Source of the DNA: Amphiscolops sp. MND2022
Lineage: Eukaryota
Direction: 5' to 3'
Assembly (NCBI GenBank): GCA_964187785.1
Contig: OZ076409.1
Coordinates: 18,602,001 to 18,666,000 of the forward strand
DNA length: 64,000 nt
A program made the translations under genes and the position numbers. The notes under the pieces are model-generated. The model ran no database searches, was not told the DNA's origin, and saw nothing but the letters and a program-made list of their open reading frames with translations. Of the stretch, positions 36,001 through 64,000 are shown one piece after another; position 1 is the first letter of the stretch, and each line of letters starts with the position of its first letter.

Positions 36001-36847
36001 CTGCAAGGCTGCCACCGACCGAAGGTACATGAGAGGCGAGTTAGACTGTGGCTGTCAGCAGGAATGTGAGTCTGAACTATTCTTGAGGTCACTTTCCACC
36101 ATCGCCTGGCCCTCTTCAAGCTACCTGCCGTTTTTCATGGCCTATTCTTGGAGGAAATCAGCTAATGAAAAGTAAGGAAAGCATTTTTTTGAGCTTGACC
36201 ATTTAACTTCATTTTTTGAGCTTTTACTTCATTTTAATGGACAAGATCAAAATCAAGACAATGCTCCAAGATTTTTTTCCAGTACAAAAAGAAAGGTTTG
36301 TTCGTTTATGGAAAAGTCACATTCATATTTGATTTTGAAATAAAATCAGATACGGTTCCCAAAAATGAATATCAAAATGAGTAAGACCAAATCGAAGGAA
36401 AAGCTCAATCAATTTTTTGAAGTTTCGTTTTCGAAAAAAATAACTTTGCAAAACTTGCTAGTACAATTGTCATAAACATCGAGCCGACTGTCAACCTAGA
36501 AAGGAAAAAAGCGGTCTTTAGAATTCAAATGAAACATTCTTCCCAATGATTTTAGTCTGGAACCTTTGTCAGAATTTTGGGACGATCTGCTTCAAAACGA
36601 CCCTCTGGACTACGACTACATATTGAGCGAAGTTAGGAAGAACTTCGTGAGGCTGTCCATTCACTACGAAACTCTAAATTATTACACAATCGAGTTCCAG
36701 TCTAAGTACCCGTACTACCAGTTCATAGCAGACATTGGGGGGTATTCGGGTCTCTTCACCGGAGTCTGCCTAATGACCCTGTTTGAGTTTATGGACACTT
36801 TCGCAAAAATCGGTGTTGTCTTCTGCTCCAAAAGAAAGACGAAATGA
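24095..36847 (+). CDS. DEG/ENaC (amiloride-sensitive channel) family gene A with LDLa module; 5' exons not in window
   Basis: Phase-compatible GT-AG exons: 24095-24257, 30545-30787, 33959-34041, 34276-34510, 35754-36171, 36556-36847. Motifs FIHSCTFDG, YGNCFTFN, GLKLTLFVD, PYSNC, Cys-rich thumb, WPS, TM2 IADIGGYSGLFTGVCLMTLFEF. Confidence 0.92.
24516..25850 (-). pseudogene. Degenerate hAT-like DDE transposase
   Basis: GLIMDGWS..THYVAF, LLIDNAPTN, FIGCSSHSLNL (CxxH, about 25204-25236), RNDTT*SST (former TRWSS-type motif). Many frameshifts. Confidence 0.7.
25911..26446. mobile_element. Non-autonomous MULE-like foldback MITE
   Basis: 9-bp TSD CTTATAAAT (25902-25910 / 26447-26455). GG...CC ends. 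Inverted arms built of GACATTTCGTACA repeats. Confidence 0.8.
26144..30367 (+). repeat. Complex near-identical tandem amplification (1098-bp period, then 939-bp period) in a gene A intron
   Basis: 26144-27224 equals 27242-28322. The unit start TGTACAAGGAACAGG recurs at 26549, 27647, 28586 and 29525. Identical spurious ORFs recur in the ORF track at these offsets. Confidence 0.93.
31060..32290. repeat. Foldback-like repeat with CATGATCAT-rich arms and internal 25-bp tandem repeats
   Basis: ATGATCAT-type arrays at 31070-31185 and 32090-32265. TTATTCCCGTCCTGAAWTTTAGATC about 4 times at 31530-31620. Termini not defined. Confidence 0.5.
34620..34975 (+). repeat. Interspersed repeat also present at ~56740-57065
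   Basis: Shared GTAGGATTACARAGCAGCGTCC..AAACTGAAAA and following diverged sequence. The two copies lie in non-equivalent introns of genes A and B. Confidence 0.65.
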
Positions 36848-36867
36848 CATACATCTTAGGAAAAAAA

Positions 36868-37351
36868 TAGGGCTGTGCAATTAACCGACCGAACTCGATT
36901 AACCGACAGAAGTTGTCAATAACCGAAACCTACCAACTTATCATAAAACTGACTTCGGTTAATTCTTTCAACCAATTAGGATGAAATTTTTTTTCAAATT
37001 GCATAAAGAAAATTTATTGCAAAAATTATAAAGAGTAAAACCGACTCAGTGCTTGAATTGCGTGATTGATTAATGACCACTTGGAATACCAACTACAGCA
37101 GCTCCTAGCAAACGACATTTGGCCGATTCAGGCAACATTATCACTACGCGAAGAGGATCTCTGAGCCCAGAAACTTTCTGCAAACTTGTTTTTTAAAGAA
37201 AATGCTTTGAGTAAATTGTTCAAAAATGAAGTTAAAATTTACTGATTCACACGTTTTTTTAAAATAAATAACCGACCGATAACTGACTGATTTTTAAAAT
37301 AACCGACCGATAACCGACCGAACACAATAAGATGATAATTGCACAGCCCTA
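36868..37351 (+). mobile_element. hAT-derived MITE/deletion derivative 20 bp after the gene A stop codon
   Basis: 16-bp TIR TAGGGCTGTGCAATTA / TAATTGCACAGCCCTA. 8-bp TSD GAAAAAAA. Subterminal AACCGA repeats. Internal remnant IPTTAAPSKRH..SGNIITTRRGSLSPETFCKLVF of the hAT dimerisation domain. Confidence 0.9.
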
Positions 37352-37549
37352 GAAAAAAACAGTCAAGAAAACTGGACTCCAGTTTTTTTCTCACCAAAAA
37401 TCTGTTTATCTGACATTTTGAAACTCTGAAAGCTTGACAAATATTTTTTAAAAGTGCAGAATGTATATTTGATTGGAAACTGCAAATGTAAATACTGTAA
37501 TTCTTCTGATGATTGACTTAGATACCCTTCGTTTGCTTGCACTATATTG

Positions 37550-38180
37550 CTTGCACTTTTGCATGCACTTTAATGTGCAACTTTTTACATTGCCAACAAC
37601 TTTTATTATGACTTTTTAAACCTCATACGGAAACTTTTATGCACAAACATTTCTTTGTTGTACTAGATTTTTATCAAGCTGCTTGAAAGATTTATCGAAG
37701 TTTTAGCGGCAATTTTAAGCCTTGAAGATTTGCAGGTTTCATTAAGCAGCAGCTTTGATTTTAAAAGCAAAAAGATTGCTATCTACTTTTACCGCTAATT
37801 TAATGCAAAATAACTTCAGTTGCGTAATGAACTGCAAATTAGTTTAATGTTTAGCGTGCTATTTGAGAACCGATAATCACATCAGATGAGTAGTTGAGAA
37901 AACAAGGTGTGATACAAAATGATTGCGTCGGTGATGTAGCGGAATTTATTTTCAAATTTAATTGCAGGAAAGAAAAATGCAGTGTAATTGTACATGATTT
38001 GCCACCCGAAGTTCACTGAATTTTTTAAGTTTTATAAACAGATGAAAAAGATCTAATTTTAATTGCAACTAAGTTTTTATCAGTTTAACTGCCGTTTTCA
38101 ATAAATTCAGTCAAGTATTAAACAACAAATTCGCGTCATGTTTAGCGTGCTATTTGAGAAGCGGTGATCACATCATATGA
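37550..38180 (+). repeat. Unclassified interspersed repeat
   Basis: Diverged copies at 24310-24400 plus 26730-27070 (+, amplified in the tandem array) and at 52715-53235 (-). Shared strings TATCAAGCTGCTTGAA and GATCACATCAGATGAGT. Confidence 0.75.
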
Positions 38181-38904
38181 GTACAGTAGCGTTCTAAAAT
38201 ATCGGTTCGGGAGATTATAGGAAGTTTCCCAATGAAAAAAATCCAAATAAATTATTCTAAGTTACTCAAGTTTTGGCTCAAGTTGGAGTCGACTTTCCAG
38301 TGCCAACATATTCAAAATCATAAATTTGAATAAAATCTAGAACCTTGTTCGGGTATATATGACTCATTCTTCTCATACCTGGGTGTTTTCCCCGTTCCCC
38401 AGGTCGGCTTTTGTCAGAACTTTCCGCCTGGCGTCACTCCTGCATTTAGAAAACTACAGTAGTGATAGACTTAGACTCTCCTAAGGTTCCAGAATGGTTG
38501 CGGAATCAGAACCTATTAGGGCCTTTGATAGAATCAATGGGGTCGAATGAACATGAAATAATAACTTATTTGTAATCTATGTAAAAATTCTGTGATATTT
38601 TTATGTTTACCATTTTCTTGAAGTTTGCTGTCTTGTCGTTTTTTTTTAATATTTGATTTTCCAGGTTTGCCTGATGTCTGATGTAGCTTTTTCTAAAAAC
38701 TGTTCGGGAATTATATATCAGCAATAAAATTTTAACCTCTTTCGATCCTACTATTCCGGTGAAGTCAAGTTACTATTAGATTCCGGATAGTTTTGCAAAT
38801 CTTGCTATACTTATTAATTCGACTCTGCAGAGCAACCCGCTTGCTCATGGAGTATCGACGATAATTGTGGATTCCTCTACGTTTAACATTTGGTTCCGTG
38901 GAGA

Positions 38905-39341
38905 ATATGAAAAAATGATTGATCTCAATCATTTCTTATATTGTAACCTATTTTACCATCCTTGTTGATGATGTACCATGTATAAATCTAGACATGGTAA
39001 ATCATCACTGATGGTAAAATAGGTTACAATGAATGAAATGGTTGAGATCAGTCATATTTTCATATCGTTTTTCAAAAACATGCAGCCATCTGAGATCAAA
39101 TCGAGGTAAGCTTGTTTTTCAACATACGGAGGAATGTTATAAGGATTTAAGGGAAAACATCAACAGAAGATTTAAAATGCTGTTTAAGCATAATTATCTC
39201 GACAATTATGCTTAAACAGCGTTTCTTAATCTGCAGTTGATGTTTTCCATTGAATACTTACAAAATTCCTCCGCATGTTGAAAAACGAGCTTACCTCGAT
39301 TTGATCTTAGATGGATGGTCTGCATATTTTTTGAAAAACGA
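38905..39341. repeat. Two abutting imperfect palindromes (~160 bp and ~275 bp)
   Basis: 38905-39065 is centred on ACCATGT..ACATGGT. 39065-39341 is centred on GCTGTTTAAGCATAATT-ATCTCGAC-AATTATGCTTAAACAGC. Confidence 0.85.
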
Positions 39342-42300
39342 CTTCATCTGTAATTTACATGAAAATATTTTGCAAAATTTGACAGGCTTGATTTTGTAAA
39401 ATAATGATAAGGTGAAAGAGAATAAGAACATCTGAATGCAGTTGTTTTCGGATAAGAACAATAAAGTTCTTTTTTCTTTTTAGCTGGAATTTCGATTCAT
39501 CGGTGATGCCCTTGTGATCTCTGAGATCAAAATACTTTGATGAAAATATCTTCACATCTTCTGCTCCCGTGTATTGAAAAGATGTGACTCCATGGATTAT
39601 CTGCAATTGATGTACAAAAATACGCTCTAGAATTGGAGAATCATTACAATGGTACCGTTCATTCCTCTGATTGTACCACACTGCAGTGAAGAAAGTGTAA
39701 CAGGAAATTTTGATTTTAATCGTTTCTTTGGAAGTGGGTCATAAAACAATATTGACATCTGTTTGCAATGCTCTAAACTAAACGAAAATAAATCAGAAAT
39801 TAAGCTCAATTAGGGGGTCAAGCATTCCGAGCATGCTTCATGAAAAGGCAAACACTGTACTTACAAAGATAACTTTCTGCGCGAAAATGAAATTTTAGTG
39901 ATTCAAAGGGCTTGATTTTCCCCCAATTTACCCTGTTTCGAGTTTCTTGAATTACATCGAATTATCATTTTATGCCTAGCTTCATTCATTGTGATGAAGG
40001 TACCTACAGACCTCCACTTATACATGACGACTCGGAACAGAATACATGAAGCTTTCTGGCAATTCGATTGTGCCTCGAAGTTTCGATCCCAAGCATTTTG
40101 GTATGGCATTTCAGTCTGAAAAACGTAAGTTTTGCGAAGAGCATGTCAGTCTCTGGTATTTTAAACCAAAATTGAAATTCGTGAAACCATTTGAAATTCG
40201 TTGATTAACCGTAATACACAAAAAGATAAGTACCGTTTACTTGGCCCACAGGTTAGCGCTGGTTTCTCTGCGTGATGACTTTGTTTCAGAAGCAGGTGGA
40301 CGTATGTTTGAATCCCGCGCTGTGCTATAGTTTTCCAAAAGTAGATGAGAATTTTTCAGCAAAGAAAAAGCGTTGTGCAAGTAAAGAAAGTCCCCGTTTG
40401 GGTTCTATGACACTGTGTATTTGTCGGTTTTTTGATGTTTCATTACGAGCCATATCCCGGTAAAATGGATTTCAGTCACGCAGCGTAATCGGTGTAATCC
40501 GTAAAATGGTCATTCAGCGTAAGTTAGTCGTCAAGACGGTATATGCCTGGACGGCGTATCTGTGTCAACGCGCGTAATGGAAAATAGTGTAAACTAGTCA
40601 AGGCACGTAGTTAGTGAAAAGTGGAAGTTAGTCCAAAAATACACTTTTTCGTAATTCAGTCAAAACTTTGACTTACTTCCACTTATTGCAATGACTTACT
40701 TCCACTTATTGCAAGTATAGCGATCTGCATTTTGCAAAAAGTGGAATGTGGTCAAAGTTTGATCAACTTACACCATGTTTATATGCATTCAAAACTCAGT
40801 GTTCATTTTAATTCCAATTCATACCACCACATCGTAAAAGTCAGGCTGAGACATCAAAAAGACGGAAACATCAAAAAACCGACAAATTTGAGTAATTATG
40901 AAGCATGTTTGTCTTTGTTTTTGTATCTTTGTATCTTGTTTTTGAGCATATCTAGAAGACCTTTGAGTTTTTTTTCGTTACTGTGCTACTTCTCTCCCAG
41001 AAAAATGTTTGTCTGATTTTCGAACAGATCTGAAGTGCATTCAGCAATGCCAAAGGGTCATCACTTTGGTTCATTTATCTTTTACTGTAGTAAACAACCG
41101 AAATGAGACGAAAGGTACCCCTTTGGTATTGTGCGTTTTTTTCTAAGTGTTTTCATTAGGGTGTCTTCTTTTCAGATTTTTGTTCTTTTTAGCTATGAAG
41201 ACGCATTTTTTGAGCTTAAACGGTAAAACTTTTGATTGATGTTTGGCACTGAGCGACTGATCGAAGAAATGATTTCACGTTTCACTGTGAAATGTTTCCC
41301 TTTAGAACTTTTTGTCATTTTACGAATTTTTAAAGTTTGTTTCTTTCAAAAAGTCCTACCAAACATAGAAATTGCACAAAACTAGGTTCGAGTTTCTATT
41401 TTTTTTCAAATTCAGCTTTACTATCAATTTTGGATGATCTCTTTTCAATGAAAAAAGATTTATTCCGGTTTTTGAGTTTTTTCACAAAATATTTTATCTT
41501 AACTGATATAAATACATCAATATAAATTATCAATATTGTTCATTTTCACTCAACTGTTTCTTTCCAAGTTGAACTTTTTGGCACTGTTTTTTCTGACAAC
41601 GCATACAAGGTAATGACTTCGTTCCGAATGAGGTGTGCAAAGAACAAGCGTTGAAATTTCTCATTTTAAAATAGCCCTTTTGGGACTTTAAAAGCATATA
41701 CACATATGCATGAAAATATATCAGATCTGTAGACCCATTTTGCTTTGAGACGATTCCGTTGTTAAACAAATGAGGTCTGGAACTATTCAAAGTTTGGCTG
41801 AAGCTAACAAAAACTATCGCAGCGCCACTCTGTGAAATTTAGGTGGTGTCAAAAACTAGGGTTCCCGTGAATGAAGGAAAAACAACGAGTAAGGAAAACA
41901 ATTCGAAAAACTCCCACCGCCGCTTGGTCTTTTTAAGTCAGTGCAATTTTGTTACAGACGGTGCTTGTTTTAAGCAAAAAATGCCCAACTCTGGCAGTGA
42001 CCCTTTTTTTCTCCAGACCTCACACTGAAAGGTCCACTTTTTAGAGAAACTACTAAAACTACTGAAACCAAGTCCGGCCAGCGGAAACTTAGTGCAAAGG
42101 GTACTCCCTTTCATTTTTTATTCTTTCAAAGTAAACTTCAAAATCGGACGAGACTAAAGGGTCCCCTCTTTCGCTTTTTTCCGCACTGCGACTTTTTTCA
42201 AAAATATGTGAATGTCTTCAAAGGGTCCTACTTTATTGACATTTTGCAACAGAATGTATGTTAATAAATTCCAAAGGGTCTCCTTTTCACATTTTTGGCA

Positions 42301-42937
42301 CTATGCGAAATTTACCGAAAAAAATCTGATTTTTTTCAAAAGAAAAATTTTTGTTCCCAGTCGGGAAAAAGTGGTTTCCGAATACCATCGAGCATGAAAG
42401 GCACCCTTTGGGTGTCTTGAACTTGTTTTCTGAGCTTTTCATAAATACGTCCTGGGCATAGTTTAAAAACTTTGCACATTTTGAGCCTTAGATATAGCGC
42501 CGACTTTAGACGTTCCCGTCTTGTTTTTGTCAGACCATGGAATGTATGTATGCGTAGCGTCCATGTTTTGACCAGAGTTTGGTCACACCGCAAGTCGTTT
42601 GGATGCGCGTTTCGCCCAGGCAGACGGTCATCAGTTCTATATTCTGCCGGCAACTTTGTATTCAAACCCTTGACCCCAAAAAAATTTCATCAGTTGAGGT
42701 CTGGTTTGATGTTTTCAATGAGATAAAAACGTTTTGTCGAGGACGAAGGTCATCTTTTCGGATTTTTTAAAACCTTTTGAAGAGGTTTGATCATTTCTTT
42801 GTAACTTGACGCTTTTTGGGGTTTAAGCGAAGTGCCGACTTCAAACGGTCTTTTCTTGTTTAATCTCGTGATGATATGATTTATCGTGATACTATTAAGA
42901 AACTATTTATTAGAGTTTTTTATTTATTTTTATGGTT

Positions 42938-43441
42938 TTTAGTCGGTGCTTTTTTTTGTTTTTTAAGACCAACGAACTGACAGATTTTATAAATTTTATA
43001 AGTTGGCACTAAACCGGCACTAACACTAAACTGTGTCACACTACTTCACTGCCACTTGGACACTACGGCTTTTTCGAGGTCTGACAAGCAGAATGACATG
43101 GGTTCGAGTCCCTGACATGACCAAAATTTTTTGTGCAAATTTTTTTCGGCTTTGTGAGACTTTTTTTGCAAATATCTCCAAAGGGTCCACCCTTCATTTT
43201 TTTGTCTATTTTGCAAAAGAATGGATGTTAAAAAACTTCCAAAGGGCCAAATTTTACATGTTTCGGCACTATGCGACTTACGGGAGACCAAAAAAATTTA
43301 AAAAATTTCAAAAAAAATCGGATTTTTTTTTCAATTTTTCCTCAAACGGGTACTGTAGAAGAGAATACTTGACACTTTGAAGTCCTTTTGTTATTTTTGA
43401 GCCTTAGATATGGCGCCGACTTGGGCCGTTCCCGGCTTGTT
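42938..43441 (+). mobile_element. Copy of a dispersed non-autonomous repeat with asymmetric subterminal inverted repeats (Helentron/DINE-1-like)
   Basis: 5' TTAGTCGGYGC ... 3' GCGCCGACTTGGGCCGTTCCCGGCTTGTT, flanked by T-runs. Related copies at about 43538-44123(-), 45686-46088(+), 54498-54806(-) and 57914-58224(+). Single ends at about 23900, 42500 and 63480. Confidence 0.6.
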
Positions 43442-45330
43442 TATTAAAGTAGTGTAAAGCACGCAAATAGTTAAAAAATTCTCGGCGTTCGCAAATTTAT
43501 CACACAGAATTCTTTGAAAAAGAGGCAACAAGTATTTAACAAGACGGGAACGCCTAAAGTCAGCGCTATATGCGTTGTGAGACAAATGCGAGCGCTTTCT
43601 TTGGTATTACGCCTCCTCTTCACTAAAACGCAAATTACTTAAGATATAACGTGAAAAAATCGGATGTAGCGTTCGGACAAATGGGAGCGCTTGTTTTTGA
43701 ACCTCCCCTCCTCCTTAGTAAAACGCAATATAGTTCGGATATAACGTCCAAAATTCGGAGAGGATTGAAAAAAGATTGGTGGCTATATATTGAGAAAACT
43801 TATTATCAGACAAGAAAATGAGAATAAATATGAGACAAAATAGGAACCCTTTGAGATTTTCTAACATTCATTCTGTTGCAAAATATCAAAAAATAAGTTT
43901 TTGAAAAAAGTCCTATAGTGCGGAAAAATCGAAAGTGGAACGTTAAAAAACGTATGCATGTTACGTTAAAAAATGAATGATGCGTTTCCGCAAGACGGTC
44001 CAGTAGTTTAAGAGTTTTATTAGTTTCTATAAAAAGTGTCCACTACGAATACATTTTGTTATCTGACGAAAAAAACCATAATAGTTGGGCTTTTTTCTTT
44101 AAAGGCAAATGCGCCAACTAAAAATGATTTCAGTCAGATTGGGTTCATTTTTACCGCAAGAGTTTGTTGACCAAATTAGCTCAAAGTGGGGGTCTCTTGT
44201 TCTATCGAAAGCAAGTTTGGCACCTCTCGGAATTGTCCTACGGCTATTTATGTCTTGTTAAATTCAAACAGCTAAATTAAACGTCTCACCATGTTAGTAC
44301 TCAAATTTCATTCATGCCTATAATATTATTGGTTCGCGTCCTTTGAGGAAAAGCGCTTCATGTTTAAATGAATATGTCAAAACAATTTTCATTTAATGAA
44401 AACTCCCGACTTTTAAAAAACTGCCGACAAGGCTTTTCATTCACAAAAAAATGCTGCCCTTGACGGAAAAAGTACTCAAAATAAACAAATATGCAGAAGT
44501 TGTTTCAAACTTGACGACTGAAGAACAAGTTGCTGACAAAACTTAGCTCACAAGATGAAAAAAATGAGGGCAAAATGAAAAAAAAACTCCAAAACTTCCA
44601 AAACAGTGCGATGACCTTCTCGGATGCTTTTCAATGGTTTCATATCCATAATTTCAAATGGTACCATTTTAAGTTTCCAGAAATAAAAATTGAGCCGCTC
44701 TATTCAATGACTTTTTTAAGTCTGTTTTTATCATCGTTTTCTTTGAAACGTACCAAGAGAATTGAAATCTTGCCACAATGTGATATGAAAAGAAGCTTGG
44801 TGAACAGCGATTGAGTTCAAATGATCAATATTGTCATTTTAGAACATTTTATTACCATATTTTTTTCTTGATGATTATATATTTTAAGAAACATTTCTGA
44901 CATTTGTCAAACAAGTTTGTGGACTAAATTACAGTCGGTAAATAAAAAGTCAATGCGTATATGAAAAAAAACATGAAGTTGAGAGAAAATTTTAATTATA
45001 TTTTCATCATATAATTTTCTGATTGTCGTTTGGTTTGAATAAGTTTTTGCTTCGATAAAAAACAAGCAAGCAAAGTGTGGTATTTCGGATGACGTATTTC
45101 CAGCCAAAAATGGAAATTGTTTGAACATATCACGATAAAAAGTACATCACAAAACGCTTTTGGCCACTTATGAAGCAAAAATATGATACGTTTGTTACGC
45201 GTTGTCGCGTTTGCGATTGAAGTATTCTACCAAAAAGTAGTTCTTTTTTCTTTTCGAATGTAAAACTGTCATTTTCGGATTTGAGGAATTATTGTTGCGT
45301 GATAGATAACTAATTCACTCTGAATCAGGA

Positions 45331-60906
<15,576 letters not shown>

Positions 60907-63900
60907 ATTATCAAAATCATAATTCTTAGAAATGCCTTTCAGTTATTTCGGATAGAGAAATTCAGACTTCACTGAGAAATTTGAGTCAGTATTCAAATAT
61001 TCAGATGCGATATCATTCTTTCGGCGCTTTTTGTCAGTAGGAATGTATCGTAATGTAGCACAATCTACAAGGTCTCCAAAACGTAAGTTTTGCTTTATTT
61101 TAGGCGTTTAAGTTCGTTACGAAATTAAGTGGTCCCCCATTTGAAAAAGGCAATATGCAACATTCCCACATTTTTTCTTTTTGGTTTTCTAGGTAATTTC
61201 AGTTAGAACAAACGCGTTTTCTGAGCCATAATAGTCCAAAATGCGTTTACAATTTCGCTTGACAATTTGCAATGGTTCTGACCTTTTCTTCACCAAAGGT
61301 TCCGGTTTTTGCTAAGTTTGAAACTTTCAGTAACAAGACGCCCGCTGATCAGCAGGATAATTTCAGTCCAAACTGTTCTAGCCATGACATTTTTTTGAGA
61401 CTCACGGGTAGCCATTGCACTACGAAAACGCATAGAAGTTTGATGAAAAAATTGACACTTTGTGACTAATGTCATCCCATTTCAGAAAGAAACACTTCAA
61501 GGACAGACCAAACACCTATTTGTTTTTTTTGTCAGCTTGTGTGTTCACCAAAACCTAACCAAACAATTTGTTTTAATTTTGCACGAAATCGCCAAAAACG
61601 TCAATATTTTCTTTTCCGACAACTTTTGAAGAAATTTTCTACAAAACTGTAGATGTCTTTTTAAAAACGCCTATCGGATAACGGGTCTAGTCGTTCTTGA
61701 ATTACAAAATTGCTCAAAAGGTTTGTGAGAAAGTATATAAGATTTATCACTTACTTCAAGCTTTCTGACGAACTTTTTACATACAAAATTGTATATTTCT
61801 TTTTTGAACAGCCTATGTAAAACAATTAGACTTTGTGCATATTACAAAATTTTGATAACTTTTAATAAAAACTAACTAACTTGACAAACAACAAACCTTT
61901 TGCACAAAAACGTTTGAAGTTTGAATTTTACTTTCCCACTCACTTGTGTCGTTTTGAAGTATTTCTGATGTAAGACACTGTAACTTTCTCATCGAAAGAG
62001 GAAACTACAAACCTGATTCTTTCGCTTTTGATTGTTCACTTTCTAACTCAAAAAAAGTTTCAAAAAACGTACTCAAATAACATGAAGAAGCTAATAAACT
62101 TGAAATTTTTGGGTTTTCAAAAATTTTTGTGTCATATTATAATCATTTTTGTCATAAACCGTCATTTATCACATTTGAAAAGCCTACTGGACAACGCATT
62201 CAGTTGTTGTGGAACTGTTCCAGAGTTCTGATATATGAGAACGTTGAAATTGTGTTGGAAATTCAAAAATTGTAAAAAAAGGTTTTTGACTGTTTTCGAG
62301 TCATTGTGGCAATTTTTTTTCAAAATTGCACTCTTCTCCCCAAACAACCCTTTTCGACAACGCAACTTTTCATTGTTGAACGTTTTCAACGTTCTGATTT
62401 ATGAAATCTCCTGAAAATGTGACAAAAGTTGCAAAAATGAAGGTGAAAAATCTGTACATTTTAGAGTTTTTGTCACTTTTGGTCGCACTTTTAGACTTTT
62501 TTAATTAGAAAACTGCGTTCATTTCTTAACAAAAGCCTCCCGGACAACGGATTCGTTCTTTGGTGAATGTCTTCAATATTCTAAGCCACCAGGTGTTTCG
62601 GAGAAAAAATGCATGAAAAATTTGAGGCATTTTTTTCAAAACAAACGGCTTTTATCTCTTCAAAAAAGCCTCTTTGACAACGAATTGTTTCCTTGTCGAA
62701 CCGTTTCAACTTACTAAGCCTGCCAGTCTTTACAAAAATGGACAAAGAACGCTTGAATATTTTAAATATCTGTTTTTTGGGCTTTATGGCAATTTCGGTC
62801 CGAATTTGAGGAATTTTTTTCAGAACAAATTGCATTTGTCTTCGAAGCAGCCAAGCCTCTTGGGGAACGAATTCTCAACTACTTGAACCTTTTTAACTTT
62901 TTAAGCTAACAAGTGTATCAAACAGTTCACAAAAACTGCATAAAAACCTAAAAAATCTACACTATTTGGAATTTTTTCAAAATTTCGTTCTCAATTTGAA
63001 GCTTTTTTCAAAAATTACCTTTATTTCTTTGAAAAGCGTTTCGGAAATCAAAATTTTTCACCTTTGAACGTTTTCAACAATATAAGCCACAATATCTATC
63101 GAAAATTTGACTAAATTTTTTGAAGTTTTTATTATTTTTGGGTCATTCTGGGGTCTTTGAGGTCAACCAAAAAAGTCCAAAAATCTCTACAAATACATAC
63201 CGCATGATACTAATTTTATGTCAGTTGAATTTTCTGGGTGAAACCCTTTAGCTTGGATATAACTTTTGTGCTTGGCAAATTTTGTAAAAAAAACCGTTTG
63301 ATTTTATTATTTTCGTTTTCCATATAAAATATGGACGGAAAATAATAAAAAACCCTTTCCAGTCAGAATTGGTCCCTTTTTCGGATACTGTTTGACACTG
63401 CAAGGAATTTCAAAAATGCAGCACTTTCCTTTCCAAGTTTAACAGATTTTGCACCTTTTGATCTTGAAGTGGGGCGCCGACTTGGGCCGTTCCGGACTGT
63501 TGATTGTTGCATTGAAGATCCATTTATGTAATATACAACTGGGCGCGGGCGGGAAACTCTTCAAGTAATGCCCAAGCGTTTCATTAGCATACAATAGGCC
63601 CAGAACAGCTCAAAGTTGGTGCAAACCAATGGACAAAATTTTCGTACGTTTCTTCGCTTTCGTGTCCGTCTTAAAATTGAAAAAAAAATAACTGTATCAG
63701 GGTTTCGATCTTGGTTTTAACTTTAGGCGTCAACAAAAACAAGCTTATCAAAGTCTGCCATTTTAAACACGGGAATCACTGTTTTAAATCACAACTTCAC
63801 AAGATGAATATAGTTTCCATACAGTCACCATTTGTCAATCATATTAAAACTAAATATGATCCATGACAAAGATTGTGAAGACCATTTTTTAAATGATGAA

Positions 63901-64000
63901 ACGTGATGACGTGAGACGTGAAACATGAGACGTAAAAATGATGAAAAATGAAACAAACAAATCTCAGTTTTCCCACTCTACTTTCTCGTAGAAACTTTAG

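Noticed and set aside
43070..43125. tRNA-like A/B-box strings (also about 33425-33480 and 40250-40325)
   Set aside because: No complete cloverleaf can be built. At most tRNA-derived repeat fragments.

Overview
AT-rich, intron-containing animal (probably invertebrate) genomic DNA, dense in transposons. The species cannot be determined from the window. (1) 369-18828 is a complete, very large (18,460 bp) Ty3/Gypsy-type endogenous retrovirus-like element. It has 269-bp LTRs differing at 2 positions, a 4-bp TSD (AGAC), a PBS and a PPT. It encodes a ~2,670-codon gag-pro-pol frame with a long unexplained N-terminal extension, a herpes-gB/chuvirus-G-like (class III) envelope gene, and about five accessory ORFs of unknown function. 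Most frames carry stops or frameshifts. (2) 18868-23291 is a rearranged, LTR-less Ty1/Copia internal region with a 684-bp inverted duplication. (3) Two tandem + strand DEG/ENaC channel paralogs share the same exon structure: A (24095-36847, 5' exons not in the window) and B (45331-~60906, breaking off mid-exon 8). Both carry an LDL-receptor class A module in the ectodomain, have non-canonical channel motifs, and share a 131-bp apparent gene-conversion tract. (4) Introns and intergenic DNA hold hAT and Tc1 relics, MULE- and hAT-type MITEs, a Helentron/DINE-1-like dispersed repeat, a complex tandem amplification, two abutting long palindromes and a 0.5-kb (GA)n tract. All family assignments are motif recognition by eye; no searches were run.
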